DNA of 64,000 nucleotides from a virus (Duplodnaviria; Heunggongvirae; Uroviricota; Caudoviricetes): IMG/VR virus record IMGVR_UViG_3300049174_000031; one strand, 5' to 3'. Shown piece by piece: positions 11,882 to 22,224 of this stretch (position 1 is its first letter; each line of letters starts with the position of its first letter). The notes under the pieces were generated by a model. It saw only the letters and a program-made list of their open reading frames with translations, ran no database searches and was not told where the DNA came from. The position numbers and the translations under genes were made by a program.

Positions 11882-12646
11882 TCACGATTCACCCGTTCTT
11901 AGCAAGTACACCGAGGCGCTGGCCACCGCCGTGGTCTCCACCGTGGAGGACTGGTAGAGGTCGTAAACGTATAGCGAAATGAAAATGTTCATGGTGGCCG
12001 GGAAGGTGCCCGGCGTCTTACCGGGGCCGGTGGGCACCGGGATCAGCGGGATCGGCCGGGCCGAGGGGTAGTTGGTGGGGCCCTGCCCGCGGGCCACCAG
12101 GGTCTGAGCGGCGTAGGCGGCCGGGCCGTTGGAGATGCGGGCCTCGATGACGGTGCGGCCACCCACCGCGGGGGTAGCCACCACCGAGGCGTACACCAGC
12201 GGCTGGAACGGGATGTGCTGGATGCCGATGTTGAAGTCGCAGAAGTCCAGCGGGGACTGCCCGGCCTGGCGGCGGGTCACCGAGGTGGTCGGCCCGAACG
12301 GCCCCAGCAGCAGCCCAGCGCCCAGCGCGGGCATCTCGTCCAGCGGGATCTTGCCCGAGGCGTCCAGCGAGGCCACTCCTTGGGCGGTGCCCACCGAGGC
12401 ATCGGCGATGTTGAGGTTGTCCTGGGTGACCGCGTAGGAGGCCAGCGCGTAGGTGGCGTCCTGCTGGTCGATGTAGCTCTTGGAGGCGTAGACGGTGGTG
12501 GCCTGGGTGTGGATCTGGGAGGACACCCCGGTGCGGTTGACCGGCGCGGAGCCCAGGATCTGGGTGGCCTGGATCTTGTTGAGCAGGTCGTTGGGCTGCT
12601 GTGGCTTCGGCCCGACGTAGGTCAGCGGACCCGGTGCATTCGCCAT
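11882..12646 (-). CDS. Minor tail protein-like (254 aa)
   Basis: N-terminal YVGP...SYIDQQDA motif shared with the two upstream tail proteins; located in tail-fibre cluster. Confidence 0.5.
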   Translation of the reverse strand: MANAPGPLTYVGPKPQQPNDLLNKIQATQILGSAPVNRTGVSSQIHTQATTVYASKSYIDQQDATYALASYAVTQDNLNIADASVGTAQGVASLDASGKIPLDEMPALGAGLLLGPFGPTTSVTRRQAGQSPLDFCDFNIGIQHIPFQPLVYASVVATPAVGGRTVIEARISNGPAAYAAQTLVARGQGPTNYPSARPIPLIPVPTGPGKTPGTFPATMNIFISLYVYDLYQSSTVETTAVASASVYLLRTGES

Positions 12647-12656
12647 GCCTGTCTCC

Positions 12657-13484
12657 TCATACCGCCGGAAAGACCTGGACCTGGAAGAACAGCCCCTCGC
12701 CGACGTAGGTGTAGCCGGTCAGGGTGTAGCAGCTGGCCCACAGCCCCAGTTCCAGCGGGCCGACGATGGGCGGGACGGTGACCGGGGTCTGGTTGCCCGC
12801 GCCCGCGGGCAGCACCGGGTAGAAGCCGACCGTCTGGTAGGCCGCCGCGCACACGCCCACGCCGTAGATGGTGTCGCTCACCCCGTCCGGGGGGATCACG
12901 GTGACCAGCCCCATGTTGCCGCTGTCCTTGGCCCCCGAGGCGGGGGCCACCCCGCCCGAGGAGTAGCCGCCCACCATCCCCGAGACCAGGGGCCGCCAGG
13001 GGTAGCCGGGGTCGGGCACCGGGATGGTGGCCAGCTGGAACTCCCGGTAGGTGTTGGTGTCGCACTCATGGGTCTGACCCGGCTGCAGGTAGATGGTGCC
13101 GTCCAGGGAGGCCGTGTAGACCAGGATCGGCCGGGTCAGCACCAGGCCGCTGGGCACCTGGGAGGCGGTCACGTCCCCGGCGGTGTCCAGGGTGGCCACT
13201 CCGTTGGCAGCTCCCCTGGCACTGGTCGGGACATAGTTCTGGTCGGCCAGGTCCACATCGGCCTTCTTGGCCCGCAGCCCGTCCTGCTGATCGACGTAGG
13301 AGGGCGGCGGGGTCTTGGGCTGCAGCTGCAGCGCCTGGTTGGTGGCCTCGGTGGCGATCTGGGCGTTCACCCAGGCCTGGTCCACTCGGGTTGCCGCGGC
13401 CTGGTCGTCGGCCCACTTCTTGGTCACCACCGAGGAGTCGGACCCGGTGGCCGGGTCCTTGCCTACATACGGAGCTGTCGCCAT
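12657..13484 (-). CDS. Minor tail protein-like (275 aa)
   Basis: SYVDQQDGL motif paralogous to neighbours; real-looking composition; abuts next gene. Confidence 0.5.
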   Translation of the reverse strand: MATAPYVGKDPATGSDSSVVTKKWADDQAAATRVDQAWVNAQIATEATNQALQLQPKTPPPSYVDQQDGLRAKKADVDLADQNYVPTSARGAANGVATLDTAGDVTASQVPSGLVLTRPILVYTASLDGTIYLQPGQTHECDTNTYREFQLATIPVPDPGYPWRPLVSGMVGGYSSGGVAPASGAKDSGNMGLVTVIPPDGVSDTIYGVGVCAAAYQTVGFYPVLPAGAGNQTPVTVPPIVGPLELGLWASCYTLTGYTYVGEGLFFQVQVFPAV

Positions 13485-14985
13485 TATTGGAACTCCACCA
13501 GAGTCGAGCCGTCACCGCCACGACCACCCGCGCCGTTCGATCCGAGCAGTGACCAGCCGCCGCCGCCTCCACCACCGCCACCGGGGGCACCGCCGTTGCC
13601 GCCCGCGCCACCGTTGCCAGAGCCGTTACCCCCGCCGCCGCCTCCACCGGAGCCGCCGTTGGTGGCGTTGCCACCCGCACTCCCGGCCCCACCGGCATCC
13701 GCGCCCGCGGTGCCGCCGGGGGCCGCGGTATTTCCCCCGGCACCGCCGGGAGCGCCAGTGAACAGCGTCGAGCGGGCACCCGAACCGCCACCGGCCCCGC
13801 CACCGTCGTGGTTGTCCTGGCCGACCGATCCGGCCTGCACAGAACCGGGAACGCCACCGCCGTCGCCGCCGTGGGACATCTGCGGGGTCACCCCGGTCGC
13901 GCTCGGCACGCCACCGGCCGCCGGGCCGGTGTACTGGGTTCCGGCCGTGCCGCCACCGGCCGTCAGCAGGACCGAGCCGGTGGAGAACGTGGAAGCGGTG
14001 CCGTTGACGTTCTGGGCACCGCCGGTCCCGAAACCGACCGAGTAACTCGGGCCGAACAACCGGGCGGGCACCCAGACCCGATGGATCATGGACCCGCCAC
14101 CACCGCCCGAGCCGGGTCCGGTCCCTCCACCGCCGCCACCACCGACGAGTGTCACGAAGGCCCCGTGGATGTTGGCCGGGGTGGCCTGGTTGGCCCGTGC
14201 CGTATTGCCCTCGGCGAACGGCATGAAGGGCACCGAGCCCGCGGGGGCCTGGGAGGTGGACACCCACAGCGCCGGGTTGAGCGTGCTCGCGCTCACCGAG
14301 GCGTCGGGGGCATTGCCGGTGAGGGTCAGGTAGAGCGTGACCGGCCCGGAGATCACCGTCATCACCTCGTAGCAGGAGATGAGGCTGATCGTGGAGTTGC
14401 CGTCGGAGTCCGAGCTGCCCGCGCCGATGGCCAGCACCTGGCCGCCCGCCGAGCCCAGCCGCACACGGGCCACCGGGGGCTCGCCGTCGTGGGCGGTGTG
14501 CACGTCCACCACGCCGTAGATCTCGGTGATCTGATACAGGTGGCCCTGGTCGGGGATCGTCGTGGTGTACACGGTGGTCTCGCCATTGCCGCTGGCGGTG
14601 ACCGTCGCGCCGTTGTAAGCGGCCGGGGAGTAATAGGCGGCCGGGTAGGTCTGCTGAGAGGGGACGTTGACTCGGGCCGGGTCCACCTTGCCGCTGGCGT
14701 CCAGGCCGGGCATCCCGACTATCGCCCCGCCGCTGTTGACGTTGATCTGGGCCTTGTGCAGCAGCCCGGCGTCCCCGGCATCGACGTAGGCCTTGGTGGC
14801 CAACAGCGCGTCCTGCTGATCGACGTAGGCCCTGGTGGCATAGGGGGCGAACCCGGCGCTGATCAGCGCGTCCACCGTGGCCTGGTCGATATTCTGAGCG
14901 GTCAGACCGTCCAGATAGCTCTTGGGCACCAGGTCGTTGGGGTGGGTCGGGGTAGGCCCGACATAGTCGAGGGCCGCCACACTAG
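13484..14985 (-). CDS. Glycine-rich minor tail protein (~500 aa)
   Basis: GTG start overlapping upstream stop (TAGTG); N-terminal LDYVGPTPTHPNDLVPKSYLD and AYVDQQDAL motifs; long poly-Gly C-terminal tracts (GGGGGGGTGPGSGGGGGS, GGSGGGGGGGNGSGNGGAGG), typical of actinophage Gly-rich minor tail proteins. Confidence 0.6.
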
Positions 14986-17589
14986 AACCCCCAGTCCTCG
15001 TCAGGCAGCCAAGCTGGCGGCTGTCCCTTCTTCTTCTTGGGTTGACCGGACGAGCTGGTCGAGGGCTTCTGGGCCCACGGCTGCTTGCTCTGGTACCCCT
15101 TGGACTTGTAGGGCTTGTGCGGCTTGTACCCGCCGCCGCCATAGCCACCGCCGCTGCTGAAGCTGGGGAAGCTGCCACCGCCGTAGGGCTGGTATTTGGG
15201 CTTGCGCTTCCAGGCCTTGGCCCCGCCGCTGGCCAGGTTCTGCTCGCGCTCGATGGAGGTCTTGTCGTAGAAGTCGCCCAGGTCCTTCATCAGGTTGTTC
15301 TTGCGGTCAACCAGGTAGTCGAGGAAGGCACCGGGGTCGTTGGGCTTGAACGGGGGCTTGGTCAGGCCGCGGCTGGGGTCGGGCGGCTGGGTGTAGAAGC
15401 TGCCCGTGCCGTAGCGGCCGGTGCCCAGCATCCCGGCGTTGGCCGCGCCGTGGGCGTAGGGAGAGAACAGCTGCCGGATCTTCCAGTCCGGGATGTCCTG
15501 CAGGCTCTGGACGAACTGCCCCAGCTCGCCCTCGCGGGGGTCGAGCATCTCGCCCTTGCCCCTGGCGTGGTCCTGCCACATCCGGTTGTAGATAGGGTCC
15601 TTGGCGTAGTAGTTGGGCTTGAACTTGTAGTCCAGCCGGTCCCCGCCCAGGTACTTCAGCGCCTGGCCCTTGTCGATGCCGACCAGGCCGTGGTCGGTGT
15701 CCAGCCAGTTGCCGACGTGGGCGTCGTGATTGGCGATCAGCCAGTCCAGGGCGTGATGCTTCTGCAGCGTCAGCTGCTCGTCGTCGGTCATGTGCTTCAG
15801 ACCCGGCGGGTGGCCCTTAGGGAACTGGTCGGGACTCCATCGCAGGGGAGCCTTCGCCTCCCCGTTGGGGCCTCGGTAGCGCTTGACCGCGGTGGCCACC
15901 CCACCCTGGAACGGCATGGCGTAGGTTTCCGGGGTTTCCAGGCCCACCATCTGCTGCAGCTTGGCGGTGGCCGCGTCCAGCGGGGCCAAGAACTCATTGC
16001 CGTGGTTGGGCCGCTTGACCAGCCACTGGCCCTGCGGGTCGGTGTAGAACTGGGAGTCGTTGTGGCTGCCCGCGAACTCCCCGGTCGGGACCATCTCCTT
16101 GGGGTTGGGCATGGCCATCGCCAGGCGGCCGACGGCCGCGATCTTCTCGCCCATATGCCGGTGGGCCATGGCCCGGTCGTACAGGTCGCCGAAGTCGTTC
16201 ATCAGACTGTTCTTGCGCTGCACGGCGTAGTTGAGGAAGCCCTCCACGTCGTTGGGTTCCAGGCGGGCATCGGCGTGCTTGTTGTACTGCTTGTGATACC
16301 GGGACAGCCCGCCTGCCGCCGCGGCCTGCTCGGCATAGGGCCGGATGGTGTCGGCGAACTCGGCGTCGTCCAGGTCCTGCAGACCCTGGATGTACTGACC
16401 CAGCTCGCCCTGGCGCGGGTCATTGAGGATGCGCCCGCCTTGGGCCATGTTGCGGTAGAGCCCGTTGTAGACCGGCTCAGTCTCGCCGTAGACACCGTTG
16501 GGGTGGTAGTTCCAGTGCAGCCGGTCCTGGGCGTAGTGCTTGAAGGCCTGGCCCTTGTCGATGCCGACCAGCTCGCCGTCGGGGGTGCGGATGAACTGGT
16601 TGCCGTGGCTGTCATGATTGCCGATCAGCCAGTCCAAGGCGTGGTGCTTCTGCAGCGTCATCAGATCGGCGTCCGACAGCTTCTCCGGGTCGGGCTTCTT
16701 GGAGCTGAAGGCGTTCTTGGAATCCGGGAACATCACCTGTGCCGACGCCGGGACCTCGTCGTAGCCGCCCTGCGGGGTGGAGTTGATGGCGAAGGTGGGC
16801 GGGGTCTTGAGCCCCGACGCCGCCTGGATGGCATTGGCCGCCACGTCCCCGGCGGCCATGAAGGGCCCGTAGGAGGGGGTGTGCTTGATCAGCCAGCGCT
16901 CGCCGCTGGGCTGCTGGTGGATCTCGGTGCCCTCATGGGTGGAGCCGGTGGACTCCCCGGTGGGCTGCATCTGGTTCAGACCGGGGAACTGCTGGCCCCC
17001 GGTGGCATCGAACGCGCCCTCGATGATGTGTGGGCCGGGGTGCCAGTCCTCATAGTCGCCCAGGCCGTGCTGCAGCCAGTCGTGCTCGATGGTCGGATCG
17101 GCCGCCCACGGCAGCGGGATGACGTTGTCGGGCGGCGGCTCGTCGGGCTGGTTGGCATAGCGCCGGGCACCGAACTCACGGGGATCAAACGGATCGGTGT
17201 CAAAATCGCCAGTAGCATCCCGATAGGACTGCTCAGCGGCTGCCTTAGCCTCATTCTCGGCACCGGAACCCCATCCTTGAGGAGGCACCCTACCGGCATT
17301 AAAAGGGTGGTTATCAATGGTGTGTGCCCAAACAATGTCATTGGAGTTGGAGATGGGTCCACGGCCAGGTAACCAAACATGAAGCCTGTGACCGTCACCC
17401 TTATCTAGCCGCTGCTCTCCTGGGCTGTCTGGGTGCATAACCCACTGTTCACGGGGAGCAGCCGTCTTCTTCCACGGCAGGTCGGAATACTTCGATGGAT
17501 CGGACTGCGCAACGGGCCCGATGCGCGGGGTGGCCCGCTCCTCACGAAAGACGGCCCCGCTGTCGTTGGCCGAGGTGATGCGCCTCATC
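14982..17589 (-). CDS. Tail-cluster protein with two tandem HipA/PI3-4-kinase-like catalytic-loop domains and Gly/Tyr/Lys-rich C-terminal tail (868 aa)
   Basis: Real start ATG at 17587-17589 overlaps the TGA of the upstream fibre gene (ATGA). The N-terminal 590 aa of track ORF 14982..19367 are junk frame. Two ~230-aa paralogous repeats, each with WL[IV]K, LQKHHALDWLI[GA]NHD[SA]H.GN and LVGIDKGQA motifs. Confidence 0.6.
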
Positions 17590-20500
17590 CGTACACCGCC
17601 GCCACGTACTGGCCCCCGACGGGAACCGCACCGAACTCGATGGAAATGCTGTTGGCATCCACTGCACTCACTCCTGCCGTGACCAGGGTGTCGGTATTGG
17701 TGTCCCAGACCGCCACCGCCGGGCGCTTGGTGCCCAGGTTGTGGGTGACGGTGGCCGGGTTGGTGGCGGGCACCGCGAGAATCTTCTTGCGCGGTATCGC
17801 GTTGGGGTCCACCGCAAGGCCGGTGGCCCCGTTGGTCAGACCTCCCGAGACCGTGGGCCCGCTGCCGCTGGGGTTGGGCAGGCTGGCCGCCACCGCCGCG
17901 GAGATGGTGGAACCCGAGATGGTGATGCCGTTGCCCTGAACCGGGACGAAAGGCGGTGCCACCCAACCGATCCGGGACCAGCTGGTGATCGCGGTGTCGA
18001 TGTTGCCGCCCGGCGCGATCATCTGCCAGACCGTGTAGGGGTTGGTACTGCCACCGGCCGAGGTGGTGGTGTTGGACACGATCACGATGGTGTCCTGGGC
18101 CACGAAGTTGCCGGTGTTGTAGTCGGGCGGCCGGGTCCAGTTGCCGCTCTTGACGATCCACAGGCCGTTGTAGACCGAGGAGGTCTGCGCGGTGCACAGC
18201 ACGGTGGCATTGGCCGGGGCCACCACGCCGTCCACGCTCTGGAACCCGGCGGGCCCGGCTGGCCCGGTCAGCGCTGTGGTGGCCACGTAGTCGGCGTGCT
18301 TCACCAGCCCGGAGTTGTACAGGAAAGTGTTCAGCACGGTCTGCAGGCCGGTGACCTGACCGACCGGCACGGTGGCGTTGGCGGGCATCGCGCCCACGTC
18401 GGCGGCCGTCAGCACCACCTCGGGACCGCTGTTGCCGTTGACCTTGGTGATGGTCCCGGCGGTGGCCGAACCGGGCAGCAGGACCCAGTTGGCCAGGACC
18501 GAGGGGTCGTTGGTGGCCAGCACGTAGGCCCCTGCCGCGCTGTTGGGCGGGGCGATCACGCAGATGGTGCCCTGGTGAGCCTGGGCGGTGGTCAGCGCGG
18601 TCATGGCGGCCTGGTTGGGCACCTGCTGCGTGTTGGTGATCGCCCCGGCCGGGATCTGGGCCATCGGGACATGGGTGGTGCCGTCCAGATCGGCCTTGGC
18701 CGCCAGGGCGGCGGCCAGGCCGGTGACCTGAGATTGCGGCATCGGGATGGCCGCGGTGTTGGTCAGCTTGGCGGCGTCGAAGGTGCCGGTGGTCGAATTG
18801 AGGTTCTGCAGATAGGGCGTCAGCCCGGCGATGTAGCTGATCGGGATGTTCTGCGGGGTCTCGTTCAGCGGCACCTTGCCCGAGACCAGGTCGGCCTTGT
18901 TGGGCATCTGGTTCTGCAGCGCGGTGACGTTGTTGTTGGTCGTGGTCAGCGCCGAGGCGTCCGCTTTGGTGCCCACCGTCGTCTGTAGCGCACTCAAATC
19001 GCTCTGGTTGGCCTTGGTCGCCACCGTGGCGTTCGTCGCGTTCAGGGCGCTCTGGTCGGCCTTGCTGGCGATCTGGTTGGTGGCCGAGGTCAAGTCGGAT
19101 TGATTGGCCTTGGTGTCCACCGTGGCAGACAACGCGGTGAGATCGGAAGAGTTGGCCTTGAGCGCGACGGTGGCGTTGGTGGCGTCCAGCGCGGTCTGGG
19201 TGGCGTAGGTGGGGTCTGGCGGCCCGGCCTCGTTCCAGCGCCGCAGGCTCAGGTGCCCGTTGGGGGAGATGTAGGGGTAGGCCACGTCGGCATCGCGCAC
19301 CCCGGAGTGCAGGTAGTAGCGGGCCCCGACCGACCCGGCGACGGTGCCGTCGGAGTCGATGCCCCACGGGGAGTGCAACAGCACCTGGGAGAAGTCGGAG
19401 ACCTCGGTGGTGGTGTTGGCGCTGTCGTAGAACACCGTGGTGGACGCCGTGCCTGGCCCCCCGGCGGGGGCCCCGGATTCCAGGCTGGTGACACGGGTTT
19501 CCAACGAGCCGATCCGGGTGATCTGGGTGTTGAGCCCGGTGACCTGACTGGTGGCCAGCGTGATCGGATCGGACCCGCCCGAGCCGTGGGTCGAGGCGTG
19601 TGCGGTGGGGGTGCGGGCGTTGGTGACCGCGGGGTCGGTCTTGTCCAGCTTGGCGGCCAGCTGGGGATTCAGCAGAGCCTGGGTCAGCGCTCCCACGTCG
19701 GCCGCGTTGAGCACCACGTTGCCGGTCTTGGAGTTGACCGACAGGACGGCCCCGGCCCCGCCGGGACCACCGGAGGCCACCACCTGGCCCTGCTTGTTGG
19801 TGACCTGGCCCGAGGAGTTGACCAGCGCGATGTCGGCGGGCATCACCAAGTCGGGGATCAGCCCGTTGACGGTGTGCACCAGGGTGGGGTCGTTGGCCAG
19901 GGTGTTCACCTGGGACTGCAGTGCACTGGTGGTCGCGGTGTCGGTCTTGCCCAGCAGCGCGGTGGCCAGGCCGGTGACCTGATTCATGTTCACCGAGCCA
20001 CCCACCGGGATGGCGTTCACGTCTGCCGCGGTCAACACCACGTTGCCGGTCTTGGAGTTGACCGAGAGCACCTGATTGAGCAGGTACCAGCTGGACATGT
20101 GACCGGGGTCGGTGGCGATCAGCCCGTAGACCCCCTGCGGGGTCAGCGCGATGTCGCCGGGCTGGACATCCTGGGGATAGCGCAGCTGCAGCATCGCGGT
20201 GGTGTTGGGCACCGAGATCCAGTTGGTGATGGCCTCCGGGGGGATCTGGGCCAGCGGGATGTAGCCGTTGGAGCCCAGGTCGGCCTTGGAGTCCAGCGCG
20301 GTGGTGTTGCCCCCGGTGGTGACCACCAGGCTGTCCAGCTCGTTCTGCAGGTGGGCGTCGGCGGCCTGGAAGGCAGCGGTGACCGCGGCGTCCTGGGTGG
20401 CCCGCACCGCGGCCTCGGCGCTGACTTCACCGTGCGCGTCGGCCGCCTTGTTGTCGGTGTAATTCTTGGCGGTGGCCAGAGTGGAGTCGATCTGGGTTTC

Positions 20501-21073
20501 CAACTCGGTGGACAGCAGCGCCTGCAACCGGGCGTCGGCCGCGGCGCGGTTGAGGATCTCCACGTTGAGTTCGTTGGTCATCGCGGCCAGATCGTTGTCG
20601 GTGGCCACGATGGTCCCGGCGGCGTCGATGACATTGCCGTCCTGGTCGAGCCGGGCCACCCGGCCCGGCACGCCGAGGTCGCTCTGCTGCAAGTAGGTCT
20701 CGCCGCCGATGATGTTGCCGACCCCGGCGATCAGCTCGTCCCAGGTGAGGTCCTCGTCGGGCATCGCGAAGTCGTACTTCTCGGTGCGGCCCATGATCCC
20801 GGCCCGCCACATGACCCGGTACATGATCGGCTTGGCCAGACCGGGGCTGTAGGACGGCACCAGGTCGAAGCTGCAGCTGTTGACCGGAGCGCTCAGTTCC
20901 AACTCGGCGGTCTTGAGCCCGCCGACGAAGGTGGCGTCGGCCGCCACGTCGGTGGCGCTGCCCAGCGGCAGCAGGGCCACCTCCAAGATGTCGGGCAGCC
21001 CGGTCGAGCTGGACACCGACGGGTCGAACTCAAAGGTGAGGGTCCTGGTGATGATCTGCGGGGGTGCAGTCAT
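17586..21073 (-). CDS. Tail fibre protein (1162 aa) with internal short tandem repeats
   Basis: Thr/Ala/Asn/Val-rich beta-type composition; duplicated SVNSKTGNVVL[TN]AADVGA motif; tandem KANQSDL/KADQSAL/KADASAL heptad-like repeats; QVTGL repeats. Confidence 0.75.
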
Positions 21074-21134
21074 TGGGGCCTCCCTCGTCGCGGCTACTCA
21101 CCTATTCAGGTGGCTCGCGGGCCCCTCTCCCTGC

Positions 21135-21755
21135 TCAGTCAGCCTCTGGATCGAGGAAAAGCGCCGAATCGGAGATCGACCGCGCCTCCTTGAGTTCGGC
21201 CGCGGTGATGGGCTTGTCGCCATCGGTACGCAGTTCCGCAGGCAGCGAGGAGCCGCCGCCCCTGACAACTTCCAGCCGCGAACCGCGCCGGGACAGGTCC
21301 TTAGCCGGTACTCGCAGCGGCTTGCCGACCGGCTCGAACTCCTCGACAACCGGGCGACTGGCCTCCCGCTCGATCTCGGCAACCACCTCGGGGGTGATCT
21401 TGTTGACGTGGTCCACCAGGTCGTCGTGGGTGGCCTTGGAGCGCAGCGGATTGAGGTGCGGCTCGTCGGGATGGTCCTCCATCCACTTGCGCCCGGCGGC
21501 CACCCGGTCGTCGGCGTCGTCGCGGCGGCGCTTGAGCAGCTCGGTGTACTCGTCGGAGGCGGCCAGGGTCTCGCCGTAGGCGGCGGCCACCTCCTTACGC
21601 CAGGCCAGCTCCTGCTCGAAGGCCTTGGCCTCGTCCACCCTGGCGTTGTGACCGGGACAGGTCATCCCGTAGGGGGCCGGGCCGGGGTCCTCATGGCGGG
21701 GCTGCCCGCAGAACAGCGGGCACAGGACGGGTTCATCCACAGGGCGCACGGTCAT
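21135..21755 (-). CDS. Hypothetical protein (206 aa)
   Basis: ORF with normal codon composition, immediately upstream of the fibre gene. Confidence 0.5.
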   Translation of the reverse strand: MTVRPVDEPVLCPLFCGQPRHEDPGPAPYGMTCPGHNARVDEAKAFEQELAWRKEVAAAYGETLAASDEYTELLKRRRDDADDRVAAGRKWMEDHPDEPHLNPLRSKATHDDLVDHVNKITPEVVAEIEREASRPVVEEFEPVGKPLRVPAKDLSRRGSRLEVVRGGGSSLPAELRTDGDKPITAAELKEARSISDSALFLDPEAD

Positions 21756-22000
21756 GAGGCCACCGGCACCTTGTCGATGGCCTCGCGGCCGTAGATGCCC
21801 ATCTTGGACAGCGTCACCAGCAGCGGCTCGGGGTAGGCGTGGGCGGCGCTGAACCGGGCCTTGAGCTGCTCGAACTCATGGACCCACAGCATCAGGTCGG
21901 ACAGGTCCGACACCAGCTTGCGGGTCACCGGAGCGCCGTGATGACGCAGGATGCGCTTGAGCGCGTCCTCTTCGTCTATGGGGAGAAGGTGGCTTTCCAC
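21752..22000 (-). CDS. Hypothetical protein (82 aa)
   Basis: ATGA overlap with downstream gene. Confidence 0.45.
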   Translation of the reverse strand: MESHLLPIDEEDALKRILRHHGAPVTRKLVSDLSDLMLWVHEFEQLKARFSAAHAYPEPLLVTLSKMGIYGREAIDKVPVAS

Positions 22001-22010
22001 GATGACCTCC

Positions 22011-22064
22011 TATGGTGAAAACCAAAGCGCCGACAACCATCAGGATATGACGATTGTCGGCGCT
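22011..22064 (-). terminator. Intrinsic terminator for minus-strand transcription
   Basis: Perfect 11-bp inverted repeat AGCGCCGACAA/TTGTCGGCGCT (22026-22036 / 22054-22064) with a 17-nt loop, followed on the minus strand by UUUGGUUUUCACC; lies directly after the stop of the small basic-protein gene. Confidence 0.6.
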
Positions 22065-22073
22065 TCGGCTGGA

Positions 22074-22214
22074 TTACACCTTCACTACAGGCTCGGGCTC
22101 GACAGGCTTCTCGCCCTTCCAATAAGCCGACACGAAGGTCAGCTTGCCGTTCACCTTCTTGAAGTGCCCCCGGACGTGCTGGGGCTCACCGCGCTTGGTG
22201 GCGTGCTTTGCCAT
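22074..22214 (-). CDS. Small lysine-rich protein (46 aa), likely highly expressed
   Basis: MAKHATKRGEPQHVRGHFKKVNGKLTFVSAYWKGEKPVEPEPVVKV; strong RBS GGGAGGTG 4 nt before ATG; terminator immediately downstream. Confidence 0.55.
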   Translation of the reverse strand: MAKHATKRGEPQHVRGHFKKVNGKLTFVSAYWKGEKPVEPEPVVKV

Positions 22215-22224
22215 ATTCACCTCC

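Noticed and set aside
13490-14100. Highly repetitive GGC/GCC-rich DNA that might be mistaken for a repeat array or CRISPR
   Set aside because: It encodes the poly-glycine tracts of the Gly-rich minor tail protein; no regular repeat-spacer structure.
17590-19367. N-terminal 590 aa of track ORF 14982-19367
   Set aside because: Arg/His/Gly/Gln-rich junk frame overlapping the fibre gene; the real gene starts at the ATG at 17587-17589, which overlaps the fibre stop codon (ATGA).
12645-21193. Long plus-strand ORFs 12645-14045, 13808-15160, 15042-17372, 17741-18988, 19100-21193 over the tail-fibre cluster
   Set aside because: Same wrong-frame composition (poly-Pro/Gly/Arg/Val); antisense to well-supported minus-strand tail genes.
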